Below, piece after piece: positions 9,532 through 19,029 of a stretch of DNA of 64,000 nt (position 1 is the stretch's first letter; every line of letters begins with the position of its first letter). The notes beneath the pieces were generated by a model, which was not told the DNA's origin, did no database searches, and saw only the letters and a program-made list of their open reading frames with translations. Made by a program: the position numbers and the translations under genes. Source of the stretch: Candidatus Woesearchaeota archaeon. Lineage in GTDB: Archaea; Nanobdellota; Nanobdellia; Woesearchaeales; JABIAG01. The stretch spans positions 1-64,000 of the forward strand of contig JABIAG010000002.1 in NCBI GenBank assembly GCA_018653365.1, written 5' to 3'.

Positions 9532-12396
9532 ATGAAAAAAATTATGTTATCATTAATTGTTTGTGTTTGTTTGTTTTTGGTGGGTTGTAGTAATGATTTG
9601 CCTCCTGAACCTGGTGCGATTGGGGGTTCTGATGATCTTACTGTTGGTGGTGCGATTTCTTATGCTACTTCTAGTTTTGGTCCGCCTTATGATATTAATG
9701 AGGGGAATGAGAATATTTTTTCGTTAGCTTCTTATGTTATAACGTTAACTGCAGGTGATACTACTGCTGATGTTGATGTTAATGTTGATCATGATGATGG
9801 TTTTATTTACAAGTATGGTTATTACTATACTTTTGATGGTTGGGAACAGTTTACTTTTAGTGAAAGCACAGTGGGTAGTTCTAACTGGATTAGGGACTCT
9901 GCTAGTGTTGAATTAGATATTGATGTTGATGATTTAGATGAAGGGCAAAATTTTGTTGTTGCTTATTCTTGTAAACTTTATGGAGGTTCTTGGAAGTGTG
10001 GTTGTGATTCTGTTGCTTGTGGTCAGTGGATGATTCAAGAATTTGACCTTGCTAAATTCCAATTCCCTGATAGTCCAACAGATCCAGAAGATTTACCTCA
10101 ATTTGAGGAAGATTCAGTGCTTATTAAAGCTAGTGGTAACAAATTAAATATTGGTGAAAGTATTGCGGATATTAGACCTAATGCTTTAGGTGACTCTGAT
10201 TTGCCAAATCTTTTGCGTGATGGAGTTTTTGAAGATTCAGAAGGAGCAAACCGAGACGACTATTCTTACACGCAACATTTAGCTTTTACTGATGATACAG
10301 GAACCCTGGCTGTTGTACAAGATGATGATGACGCACCCGATGGTGGTTTATATCTCGTATTTGATAGAAGTCTGGATGATGTAATGTATGAATATGACCT
10401 ACATTTTGATGATGCTGTTATTTATGATGCGTCTTCGTCAAACCTAGCTTGGATGGATTTGGTAAATCTGCCGTTAAATATTCAAGGAGAAGTTTATGGT
10501 GTTGTTTCAGTAATGTTAAAACAGGATGGTAGTGTAGATTCCTTGCGTTTATCAAACGCAGGGTTTGTTGCACAGTATGGTGGGACGGTGAAAATAGTTG
10601 CATTAAATGATAGTAAAGAAGTTGAAATTAATGGTATTAATATTGACGGTTCTGAAGTTGTTATTTATAGCACTCCTGGAGAGCTTGATAGTTTTATGAT
10701 TAACTACGTTCCAGAAGATAAAATTTATCTTGCTCCGGGTGATGAATTTGTTGATCCTGTTTTAGGTAATTTTAAATTTGTTTTTGCTGGATTTGAACCG
10801 GTTAATTTTGATGAAATTCGTTTTGAAACTGTTGGTCAAAATGTGGAGCTGATTTATCCTGATGAGGCTGGGGTGGAACAAACGGTTGAATTTGTTTGTG
10901 AAGGAGACTGTGATGCAATTGAAGATGGGATAACTTATTCCGGACCAACAACTATAACTACTGATAGCGGAGCACAAATTGTGATTCAAGAAAGCCAAGC
11001 AGGTGTTTTTAATGTAGTAATTACTGAACCTTCAGGCGTGTCTGATGGTGAAGATTCTTCATCGCAAATTAATATTGGTCTTCAAATTGATACTGCCGAC
11101 GAAGAATTACATCCAGTTTTTGGATCGGTAACTTCGACTTATCCTGAAGTTGATGTATCTGTTTCAGATAACATCAATAAGATTCTTTATACAGATTATG
11201 GAACGCGAATTGATTACAATTCAAATAATTTGGCAAGTACTGAACTAATAATTAATTTGCCTGAAGAAGAAATTAGTGCTAGAGTGTTTGTTACAGCGGG
11301 TCCGGGAGTGAGTATACCTTCTGAAGGGTCTGAGGCTTCTGCTGCAGTTGAACTTATTGCTGCGGACATTGGTGATTTTGTTTATGCTAGCTCTGTTGAA
11401 TCAACTACCTGTGAGCTTGCTTTGGGAACTTGTGAGGGTTCTGAAACTGCGACTTATACGGGAGACTTTGGGGTTGCTGCTACGGTTATGTCTTTTGATG
11501 CTGAAGTTGGTGCTTCGCAGTTACGTTCTGCTTTGCCTAGTACAACTTATGTTGCGGGGGATGTTGTGGGTGATGAGAATGTTTATCTTGCTCAGACGAG
11601 TGCAGACTGGTGTTATGTTTGGGTGAATGGTGAAAATGTTGTTAGAGTTTGTGGTGAGTCAGATAATAGTCCGTTTTCTGTTGCTGAAACGTATCTTACT
11701 GCGATTAGTAGTGAGTTAAATGCGGCATCTGTGTCTACTAAAGACTGTACGCTAAGTAATGTTGACTTAGATGGTAGTGGGGTTGTTGATGATATTGATT
11801 TGGCAACTTTTTCACTTGCAAACTTTTTGGCATTTAGTGCTGCCAACGATTTTTATGTGGATGATAGTAATCAAATTGATTTTAAAGATACTATGGCTTA
11901 TATTGATTGTTTTAATGAGCTTGTGACTGATGACTGGGCTAAGCCTCTTGTGGTGGATCGGATTATTAATGCTGTGCCGAGTGCAGAATTTGATTTTCAG
12001 ATTGCTTTTAAGAACTTTAAGTTTAATAGTTTAAAAGAGCTGGCGTATTATGATAAGGCCATAGTTGCCCCGCATAATAAGTTTCAAATTAATCCGAATT
12101 TTTATCCTTCGGATGGTATGATTTATATTAATTTGAGGGATGCTTCATATTCTGGCGAGCAAACGATTGAGTTAGAAACGGATATTGGTGTAATGACTGT
12201 TTGTCTTCCTGATATGAGTATTTCTGGTGTGTCTAACTTTTTATTAGTTGGGGATGATGGTTCTACTTATTGGTTGAATGAAGCTAAAACGCCTGCAACA
12301 ACGGTGGGGAGTACGTTTTGGTATCATCCTGATTTAAAGGATAGTTCTTTATTACTGCCTTTAAAACCAGGACAGCTTGCAAAAGAATGTGATTAA
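9532..12396 (+). CDS. S-layer-related acidic lipoprotein with a dockerin-like motif pair
   Basis: Lipobox LVG-C; WKCGC domain; S-layer-like segment (DLPNLLRDG...YTQHL, FVDPVLGNFK); DLDGSGVVDDIDL. Confidence 0.6.
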   Translation: MKKIMLSLIVCVCLFLVGCSNDLPPEPGAIGGSDDLTVGGAISYATSSFGPPYDINEGNENIFSLASYVITLTAGDTTADVDVNVDHDDGFIYKYGYYYTFDGWEQFTFSESTVGSSNWIRDSASVELDIDVDDLDEGQNFVVAYSCKLYGGSWKCGCDSVACGQWMIQEFDLAKFQFPDSPTDPEDLPQFEEDSVLIKASGNKLNIGESIADIRPNALGDSDLPNLLRDGVFEDSEGANRDDYSYTQHLAFTDDTGTLAVVQDDDDAPDGGLYLVFDRSLDDVMYEYDLHFDDAVIYDASSSNLAWMDLVNLPLNIQGEVYGVVSVMLKQDGSVDSLRLSNAGFVAQYGGTVKIVALNDSKEVEINGINIDGSEVVIYSTPGELDSFMINYVPEDKIYLAPGDEFVDPVLGNFKFVFAGFEPVNFDEIRFETVGQNVELIYPDEAGVEQTVEFVCEGDCDAIEDGITYSGPTTITTDSGAQIVIQESQAGVFNVVITEPSGVSDGEDSSSQINIGLQIDTADEELHPVFGSVTSTYPEVDVSVSDNINKILYTDYGTRIDYNSNNLASTELIINLPEEEISARVFVTAGPGVSIPSEGSEASAAVELIAADIGDFVYASSVESTTCELALGTCEGSETATYTGDFGVAATVMSFDAEVGASQLRSALPSTTYVAGDVVGDENVYLAQTSADWCYVWVNGENVVRVCGESDNSPFSVAETYLTAISSELNAASVSTKDCTLSNVDLDGSGVVDDIDLATFSLANFLAFSAANDFYVDDSNQIDFKDTMAYIDCFNELVTDDWAKPLVVDRIINAVPSAEFDFQIAFKNFKFNSLKELAYYDKAIVAPHNKFQINPNFYPSDGMIYINLRDASYSGEQTIELETDIGVMTVCLPDMSISGVSNFLLVGDDGSTYWLNEAKTPATTVGSTFWYHPDLKDSSLLLPLKPGQLAKECD

Positions 12397-12421
12397 TTTT
12401 TTTTATTTTCTTTTTTTAGAA

Positions 12422-15400
12422 TTAAATCTTTAAACTGGTTATTTTACTTATTCCATGTTCGTTCATACTAACGCCGTATAGATTGTCTGCTTCTCCGATT
12501 ACTGAGTCATTGTGTGATATTACTATATATTGTGCTCCGTTACAGTAACTTCTTACTAATTGAGCTAACTTTTCACTATTGTGTTTGTCTAGTGCTGCAT
12601 CTACCTCATCTAGTATGTAGAATGAGCCTGGTTCGTGTTCTTGGATTGCGAAGATGAATGCTAATGCGGTCATTGTTTTCTCCCCGCCTGATAGTCCACG
12701 AATATCCATGAATTTCTTTCCAGATAACTTAACCTTTATTGCTACTCCTGCTTCAAAAGGATTTTCTTTATTTTCTAGTTCTAAGAATGCATCTCCTTTT
12801 GTGCTTAGTGCATGGAATTTGTTGATGAAGTTTTTATTTACAACCTCGAAGGTGTTCATGAAGAGTTCTTTTTTCTTGCCCTCTATTTCTTCCATCATGT
12901 TCATTACTTTTTCTTTTTCGTTCATCAATACATTTTTCTTATCAACAAGTTTGTGGAATTCTATTTCGACTTCAGTATAAATTTCTAGGGCTCGCATGTT
13001 TATTCCCCCCAAATTATCTTTCATTCTTTCGAAGTCATTGATTTCTTTTTTTAGTTCTTCTTCTGTTTTTGTTATTTTGACTTTCATTTCTTTGTATTGG
13101 TCAAAGTCTTCTATTAGTCCTGAATATTCTGCGTTGGTTCTTGCTTCTTCTAGCGAGATCGTGTTCATTTTGTGTTCTGCTTTTCTTCTGTTTTCATCTA
13201 ATTTGTCAATACGTGATTCGTTTTTGGTTAGTTCTTCATTTGTTTGATTTCGTTTATTGAATAATGCCTTGAATTTTGAATAGAACTTCTTTTCTTTCTC
13301 TTCTTTTTCTTTAATCTCGCTATTTTGGCCTTTTATGACCTTGTTTAAACTTTCGATCTCTTCAGCAAACGAGCTAGTTTCTTTGTCATGTTGTTTTAGG
13401 ATTTTAACGATGTTTTCTTTTTCTGGTTCAAATATGGAGCTCACCTGGGTATTTAGGCCTTTTATTTCTGAGTTAATTTCATTTATTGAGTCATTGAGTT
13501 GTTTTCTTTTTTCTTCTAACGTGTTTAATTCTGCTAGGACTGTTGGGTTTCTTAATTCAGATATTTTTGTTTTAAGGTTTTGTTTTTGTATTTTTAGTTG
13601 TGCTAATTCTCTGTTTTTTTCAGTTATTGTATCTTGTACTTTTTCTATTTCATTTTCTACCTCTTTTATTCTTGTGCCCATTTCTTTTTTAGAATTAAGA
13701 CTGGATTCCATATCTGCGTCTTCTATGTGCAGACTTTTTTCCATTTTGATTATTTCTCCTTCTAGTTCTGCTTTTCTTGATCGTAATTTTTGAATTAGTT
13801 CTTCGTTTTCATCTCTTCGTCTCATGATGCCGCTAAGTTCAGCACGTAAATTCCCTACTTTTTCTTCTAGGGTAGTTATGTTTCTTCCGACCTCAACTTC
13901 ATTAAAGCCTATTCCTTTTCTTTTGCCTCTAAAGCCTCCTTGCATTGCACCCGAGGTTTCAATTACATCTCCTTCAAGAGTTACCATTCTAGCTTTTCCA
14001 ATTCCCACTCTTCTTCCAACCTCAACATCGTTTACGATTAGTGTATTGCCCAGAACGTATGAAAATGCTTTTTTGAATTTGTTATCAAAACTGACTAGGT
14101 TGATTGCAAGGTCAACAACGCCATTTGCTGATTTTAGTCGGTTTACTTCAGAATTTATCTCAACAGATTTTAGTTTGTTTAGTGGTAGGAATGTTGCTAC
14201 GCCATGTTTTCTTTCTTTCAAAAACTTGATACATCGGGCAGCTACACTGTCATCTTCTACTATTAAACTGTTAATTCTTCCGCCTGCTGCAATTTCTAGT
14301 GCAGTTGAATATTTAGAGCTTACACTTCCTAATTGGGATACCGTACCGTAGACTTTTCCTAATTCTTTATTGTCTAGTATTCTTTGGACTGCGTGATTTT
14401 GCATTGAGACCTCTTTCAGTCCTGCTTGTCTTACGCTTAATTTTGATAATTCTTCTTCATAACCTGCTAGTTCACGTTTTATGTTTATTGAGGATGCTGC
14501 TAGAGTTGAGTCTTCATTTAATTTTTTATTTAGTTCTAGTGTTGAATGTTTGAATTCTTCTCTTTTTCTTTTTAGATCGTCAAGTTCTTTTTTGTGTTCT
14601 TTGTCTATTTCTTCTACTTTTTTTATTCTTTCGTCTACACTTCCACACATGAATTCGAGTTTGTCTTTTTCTCTGATGAGTTCTTGTTGTTTCTCTCTTA
14701 ATTCATCAATTGATTTTTGTAGTTCTTCTGATCGAGAGTCAATTCCTTCAACTTCTTGGTCTACCTGTTCTAAATCTTTACCTAATTTGTTTTTTTGTTT
14801 GAATTTTTCAATGCTGCCATTGACCTGTTCTTTCTCTTTTTCTTTTGTGTTTATTTCTTGTTGTAGTCTTGATTTTTCTGTATCAAAATTTGTGATTTTT
14901 CCGTCAATTTCTTTATAACTTTCATCTAATTGATCTCTTCTTTGGGATATTCTTTCTATTTCATTTTTACATGAGTTGATTCTTTCTCGATTTTTTGCTA
15001 TGTCTATTCTTAGTGTTTCGAGTTGTTTTGAGAGTTGAACTTGTTCTTTTTCACCTTTCTGTTCGATTTCGTGTGCAATCTCATCCAGGGTTCTTTTCTT
15101 TTCTTCATTCTCTTTTTTTAGTTTCTCAATTATGTTATTATGTTTTTCAAATTCAGTAGTTGCAATGTTCTTTCTTTCAGTTAGTTCTTCCTTTTCTGCT
15201 TCTTTTCTTTCAATTTGAATTTTAAGATATGATGCTTTATTGTGTCGTATTTTGTCATTTAGATCTTTGTATTTTAGTGCTTGATCCCTGTCTTTTTTTA
15301 GTTCACGTAAATGGGTTTGTTTTTCTTTTAGTATAATTTCAGCACCATTAAGTCTTTCTTCTACTCTGTCTAGTTCTCTTACTGCTTTTTGTTTTTTTTC

Positions 15401-15922
15401 TTCATAAACGCTTATGCCTGCAATTTCTTCTACTAATTTTCTTCTTTTTTCTGTTGACATCTCTGTGAATTTTATAATGTCTCCCTGGAGTACTATGTTG
15501 TATCCGTCTGGGTTGATCCTTGCTGCAGCTAGAAGATCTAACACCTGATTTCTTGTTCGAGTCTTATCGCTTATTTTGTAAACAGAATTTCCATTTTTCT
15601 TAATGATTCTAGTTATCTTAATTTCTTCTTCAGTTGAGGGAAAGATTTTATTTTTGTTATCAAAGTAGATGCTGACTTCTCCTTGGGATGAGGGTTGTTT
15701 TTTCTTTCCACCATTATAAATTAGGTTGGATGATTTTTCTGCTCTTAGTGCTTTTGCGCTTCCTTTTCCAAGTACGAAGCACAAACTATCTAGAACGTTG
15801 CTCTTCCCACTACCGTTTGGTCCAAGTATGCAATTAAACTCATTTCCGAATAGAATTTCTGTCTTTTGGTTAAATGATTTGAACCCCTTCATTACCATCC
15901 TATTTATCTTAGTCATCTGCAT
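12422..15922 (-). CDS. smc: Chromosome segregation protein SMC
   Basis: GFKSF, Walker A GPNGSGKSN, hinge (TLEGD..GAMQGG), LSGGEK, LDEVDAALD; 1166 aa. Confidence 0.97.
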   Translation of the reverse strand: MQMTKINRMVMKGFKSFNQKTEILFGNEFNCILGPNGSGKSNVLDSLCFVLGKGSAKALRAEKSSNLIYNGGKKKQPSSQGEVSIYFDNKNKIFPSTEEEIKITRIIKKNGNSVYKISDKTRTRNQVLDLLAAARINPDGYNIVLQGDIIKFTEMSTEKRRKLVEEIAGISVYEEKKQKAVRELDRVEERLNGAEIILKEKQTHLRELKKDRDQALKYKDLNDKIRHNKASYLKIQIERKEAEKEELTERKNIATTEFEKHNNIIEKLKKENEEKKRTLDEIAHEIEQKGEKEQVQLSKQLETLRIDIAKNRERINSCKNEIERISQRRDQLDESYKEIDGKITNFDTEKSRLQQEINTKEKEKEQVNGSIEKFKQKNKLGKDLEQVDQEVEGIDSRSEELQKSIDELREKQQELIREKDKLEFMCGSVDERIKKVEEIDKEHKKELDDLKRKREEFKHSTLELNKKLNEDSTLAASSINIKRELAGYEEELSKLSVRQAGLKEVSMQNHAVQRILDNKELGKVYGTVSQLGSVSSKYSTALEIAAGGRINSLIVEDDSVAARCIKFLKERKHGVATFLPLNKLKSVEINSEVNRLKSANGVVDLAINLVSFDNKFKKAFSYVLGNTLIVNDVEVGRRVGIGKARMVTLEGDVIETSGAMQGGFRGKRKGIGFNEVEVGRNITTLEEKVGNLRAELSGIMRRRDENEELIQKLRSRKAELEGEIIKMEKSLHIEDADMESSLNSKKEMGTRIKEVENEIEKVQDTITEKNRELAQLKIQKQNLKTKISELRNPTVLAELNTLEEKRKQLNDSINEINSEIKGLNTQVSSIFEPEKENIVKILKQHDKETSSFAEEIESLNKVIKGQNSEIKEKEEKEKKFYSKFKALFNKRNQTNEELTKNESRIDKLDENRRKAEHKMNTISLEEARTNAEYSGLIEDFDQYKEMKVKITKTEEELKKEINDFERMKDNLGGINMRALEIYTEVEIEFHKLVDKKNVLMNEKEKVMNMMEEIEGKKKELFMNTFEVVNKNFINKFHALSTKGDAFLELENKENPFEAGVAIKVKLSGKKFMDIRGLSGGEKTMTALAFIFAIQEHEPGSFYILDEVDAALDKHNSEKLAQLVRSYCNGAQYIVISHNDSVIGEADNLYGVSMNEHGISKITSLKI

Positions 15923-15945
15923 AATTTCAACAGCTAATTAATTTA

Positions 15946-16108
15946 TAAACTTTTCTATGGTTTATACTCAGAACGACACATTGCTTGTGGAGTGAGGTTG
16001 TGTAAACTTTTCTATGGTTTATACTCAATGCAGATCGTTGAGTATTTCCAGAACGTTAGTGATGGTTTATACTCAATGCAGATCGTTGAGTATTTCCAGA
16101 ACGTTAGT
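15946..16108. repeat. Nested direct/tandem repeats with hairpins upstream of smc
   Basis: 25-bp repeat at 15946-15970 / 16003-16027; 47-bp perfect repeat at 16014-16060 / 16062-16108. Confidence 0.95.
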
Positions 16109-16156
16109 TAGGAGTTATATTGTTTTAATAAAATAATAAAAAGAAAAAATAAAATT

Positions 16157-16732
16157 TTATTTTTTATTGGCTTTTCTTTTGTATGCTGCATTCCTACTTG
16201 GTCGAAGTTTTTCCGCGCCTTTACCTTTATTTCGTAAGCCTCGGTTTTTTCTTCCAGCAGAAGTCAGTCCTCTTGATGCTCTTCCTTGCTTTAGAGAAAT
16301 CCAATTTAATTTTTCATTAGCAATGGTTGCAGGATGAGTTCTGTCAACTAAGATTACTTCATACCACATGTTTTGTCCATCTTCTGCAACGTAATAAGAG
16401 TTTAATACTTCACAATTGATGTATTTTTTATTTGCTCTCATTTCTGCAATTTGTTGGAAATTCATGTTTAGAACTTTTCTATGCCTGTATGCTTTTGGTC
16501 TTCGTCCGCCAGCAACAGCAGGTCTCATTCTTCTCTTTCGTGAAACCTTTTGTCGTACAATAATTATTCCTTGTTTTGCTTTGTACCCTAAACTTCTTGC
16601 TCTATCTAGTCTTGTTGGTTTTGCAAGTCTAACTGTGACTGGTTCTTTTCTCCATTGAACTAGTCTTTCTTTCCATAAAGAATTTTCTTTTGGCTTTTTC
16701 CAAGCCTCTCTAATATATTTGTATGCTCCCAT
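16157..16732 (-). CDS. rpl15e: 50S ribosomal protein L15e
   Basis: MGAYKYIREAWKKP, PTRLDRARSLGYKAKQG, LNSYYVAEDG, RGLTSAG. Confidence 0.98.
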   Translation of the reverse strand: MGAYKYIREAWKKPKENSLWKERLVQWRKEPVTVRLAKPTRLDRARSLGYKAKQGIIIVRQKVSRKRRMRPAVAGGRRPKAYRHRKVLNMNFQQIAEMRANKKYINCEVLNSYYVAEDGQNMWYEVILVDRTHPATIANEKLNWISLKQGRASRGLTSAGRKNRGLRNKGKGAEKLRPSRNAAYKRKANKK

Positions 16733-16765
16733 TTTTCTTAGCCTCCATTGTTATAATTTACTTTT

Positions 16766-16799
16766 TGTGATTCAGGCAAGCTACGCCCACATCTCACAC
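16766..16799 (-). promoter_or_regulatory. Candidate eL15 ribosomal-protein leader RNA (kink-turn-like hairpin)
   Basis: Minus strand GTGTGAG-ATGTG-GGCG-tagct-TGCC-TGA-ATCAC upstream of the RBS GGAGG. Resembles the euryarchaeal eL15 leader from memory; not searched. Confidence 0.5.
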
Positions 16800-16872
16800 T
16801 CTTTAGAACTGGTAACCGCTTTAAAAAGGTTATTATTTTATTCTAATAATCTTTAAATACTACCTTCACTTA

Positions 16873-17454
16873 ATGATATTTATGGAAAAAGAAGAAATTA
16901 AACTTAAAATAAATTTGCCCTTTCTTAAGTTAGAATTAAAAGGAGACCCTGCTAAACATCTTGGCGAGATTAGAAAGATCATCATGGAATTAAATAAGTT
17001 CTCTCTTAATGAATTAGAAGCAGATGCATTAGAAGAGTTAATGCCTTCTTTTGGTCTGCCTGTTTGGAAATTGTCTAGCGAATTACAAAAGAATGAGCAG
17101 GTTATGAATAACATTACTGAACTTTCCCAAATTGAGGACGGTGTTTTAGTTAAGAAAACATCTTTGGATAATATTAATGAAATTACAGATACTAAGACTA
17201 TTTCTAAACTTAATGTTAAAGAAATTTCTAGGTCTGTTTCAACGCTGTTTGATGACATTAATAAAACTCAGGTTAATTTTGCTATTGTTCATGCGATTGG
17301 TAATCTGCCAGCAGATAACTTTTCTATAATTTTTGATCAAGTAAAGAAACATCTTCCTAATACTAAGATTGAGGCTATTAAAACTAAAAAAGAAGTTCTT
17401 GGGAAAACAGTTATTGAGTGTGTTCTTTTTGGTAATTTTCCTAATGAAGAATAA
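16873..17454 (+). CDS. Hypothetical protein; C-terminal half resembles the FtsZ/tubulin C-terminal domain
   Basis: The pattern AIVHAIG...FDQVKKHL...EVLGKTVIECVLFG echoes FtsZ-C. No GGGTG motif. Confidence 0.45.
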   Translation: MIFMEKEEIKLKINLPFLKLELKGDPAKHLGEIRKIIMELNKFSLNELEADALEELMPSFGLPVWKLSSELQKNEQVMNNITELSQIEDGVLVKKTSLDNINEITDTKTISKLNVKEISRSVSTLFDDINKTQVNFAIVHAIGNLPADNFSIIFDQVKKHLPNTKIEAIKTKKEVLGKTVIECVLFGNFPNEE

Positions 17455-17891
17455 TTAGTTTGATTTTTTCTATTAAGCAAAAAATTCACTTAAGAATGTG
17501 TAACTGGAGTCAACATTCGATTTTATCTCCACGTGATCATTGTCTTCAAATGTTCTTCTGCCTAAGGAAACGGTTTCTGCTTTACCTGATACTGCCACCA
17601 TCTTAACGTTTTGGTTTAATGTCACCGCACTTGCATATGCGTTTCTAGCAGGTTCATCATCAACTGCTCCTGGTCGTTCAAAGTTAAGGTCCATGACTAG
17701 GGCATCTGTTGGTGTTGATAATGCAGTTCTTAATTCATCAGCGTTTGTGCAACTAATAGGGTCATAGTCTAACATCTCCATCCTCACTTTCATGAGTTCT
17801 CTTAAGGAGGGATTGTGCATTGCTATTACTGCTCTTCTTTCTGTCATTTTATGTCTCTGTTCTTTTTGGTAATTTTCCTGAGGAAGAATAA
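17421..17891. repeat. 34-bp direct repeat (17421-17454 / 17858-17891) bracketing the receiver-domain gene
   Basis: tgttctttttggtaattttcct(aat/gag)gaagaataa, 2 mismatches. Confidence 0.95.
17473..17847 (-). CDS. Stand-alone response-regulator receiver (CheY-like) domain, degenerate
   Basis: ALVMDLNF (phospho-Asp), VAVSG, Lys near the C-terminus. The N-terminal acidic pair is missing. Confidence 0.6.
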   Translation of the reverse strand: MTERRAVIAMHNPSLRELMKVRMEMLDYDPISCTNADELRTALSTPTDALVMDLNFERPGAVDDEPARNAYASAVTLNQNVKMVAVSGKAETVSLGRRTFEDNDHVEIKSNVDSSYTFLSEFFA

Positions 17892-17905
17892 AAATAAAAA
17901 AAGAT

Positions 17906-18814
17906 TTAAGCTACTGCTTTCTTCATAGCCTTACTCAAATACTTATTCTTAAGTCCTAATTTCTTAGAGAACTCTTTGTATCTGTTCCGGATTGTTACTT
18001 CAGTTACATTACTTACCATTGCTACCTTTTCCTGGGTTCTTTTTTCTCCATTCATGATAGCTGCTAAGTAGATTGCTCCAGCTGCAATTGCTTTTGGAGA
18101 TTTACCTGAGTTTAATCCATTTTTCTTGATACTATCAATTAACTTAAGAGCTTTTGTTTGAGTTATCGGACTTAATTCCAGGCGTGAAGCAAATCTATGT
18201 ACGTAGTTTACTGGGTCTGCCGGCATTAATTTAATGTCCAATTTTCTCATTACGAATCTGTAATTTTTACCAAGAGTTTTTTTGTCAATTCCTGCTGCTC
18301 TGCATACATCATCCATTGTTAATGAGCTATCATTAATTCTAGAGGAGATATATACTGCGCCTGCAACAATTTGTTCTAATCCTCTTCCTTTTACCAGTCC
18401 TTTTTGAACTGCTAGGGTGTAGATTCTTGCAGATTCTTCTTCTACTGCTTTTGACAGGTTTAGAATTGAACTTATTCTTTTTAGTTCAGATAGGGCTAGT
18501 TGCAAATTTCTTTCAATTGCTGTGCTAACTCTTCTTTGCCATTTTCTTAGTCTGAAAAATTTATCTTTATTTCCTAACCTGTAAATGTCTGCAGAACTTC
18601 CAATTTCTGTTCCTAGACCTTGGTCGTGTTGAGTGTATGTTAGTGGAGCTCCTGCTCTTCTTTTTGATTGATCGTTTGTATCGTGTTCTGTCCATTCTGG
18701 TGAAAAATCAACCATTTTGTCTTCTAGAACTAGTCCACACTCTTTACAAACAACTTCTCCTTTATCTTTATGATGCGCTAGTTTTAAACTTCCGCATTCT
18801 GGGCATTTTTTCAT
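17906..18814 (-). CDS. tfb: Transcription initiation factor IIB
   Basis: Zn ribbon CPEC...CKECG, RLRKWQ, ERNL, two cyclin repeats, VTEVTIRNRYKE. Confidence 0.95.
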   Translation of the reverse strand: MKKCPECGSLKLAHHKDKGEVVCKECGLVLEDKMVDFSPEWTEHDTNDQSKRRAGAPLTYTQHDQGLGTEIGSSADIYRLGNKDKFFRLRKWQRRVSTAIERNLQLALSELKRISSILNLSKAVEEESARIYTLAVQKGLVKGRGLEQIVAGAVYISSRINDSSLTMDDVCRAAGIDKKTLGKNYRFVMRKLDIKLMPADPVNYVHRFASRLELSPITQTKALKLIDSIKKNGLNSGKSPKAIAAGAIYLAAIMNGEKRTQEKVAMVSNVTEVTIRNRYKEFSKKLGLKNKYLSKAMKKAVA

Positions 18815-19029
18815 TTTAGATTCTCCTGTTTAGTTTTTGCACCCGATTTTCACCCCCAACAAAGAGTAAAAACTCAGTTCCGTTTATAAAGCTTATGCTT
18901 TTCCCCCTTTTATTTTAAAAAGATTCCCGAATATCTTTATATAATGAATACATAAGTATTCTATGTTTAATTCTAAAAGTTTGTTTGAACATACAAAAAT
19001 ATTAAAACCCCAAAATCTAATGCTCCCTT

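Noticed and set aside
12654-15941. Many plus-strand ORFs within smc (similar cases in rfcL, topA, 36956-37537 and 45276-45893)
   Set aside because: Antisense shadows of Lys/Glu-rich genes, giving Phe/Ser-rich translations.
15946-16108. Possible CRISPR mini-array
   Set aside because: Only 2-3 overlapping units, the last two 'spacers' are identical, and there are no cas genes in the window.
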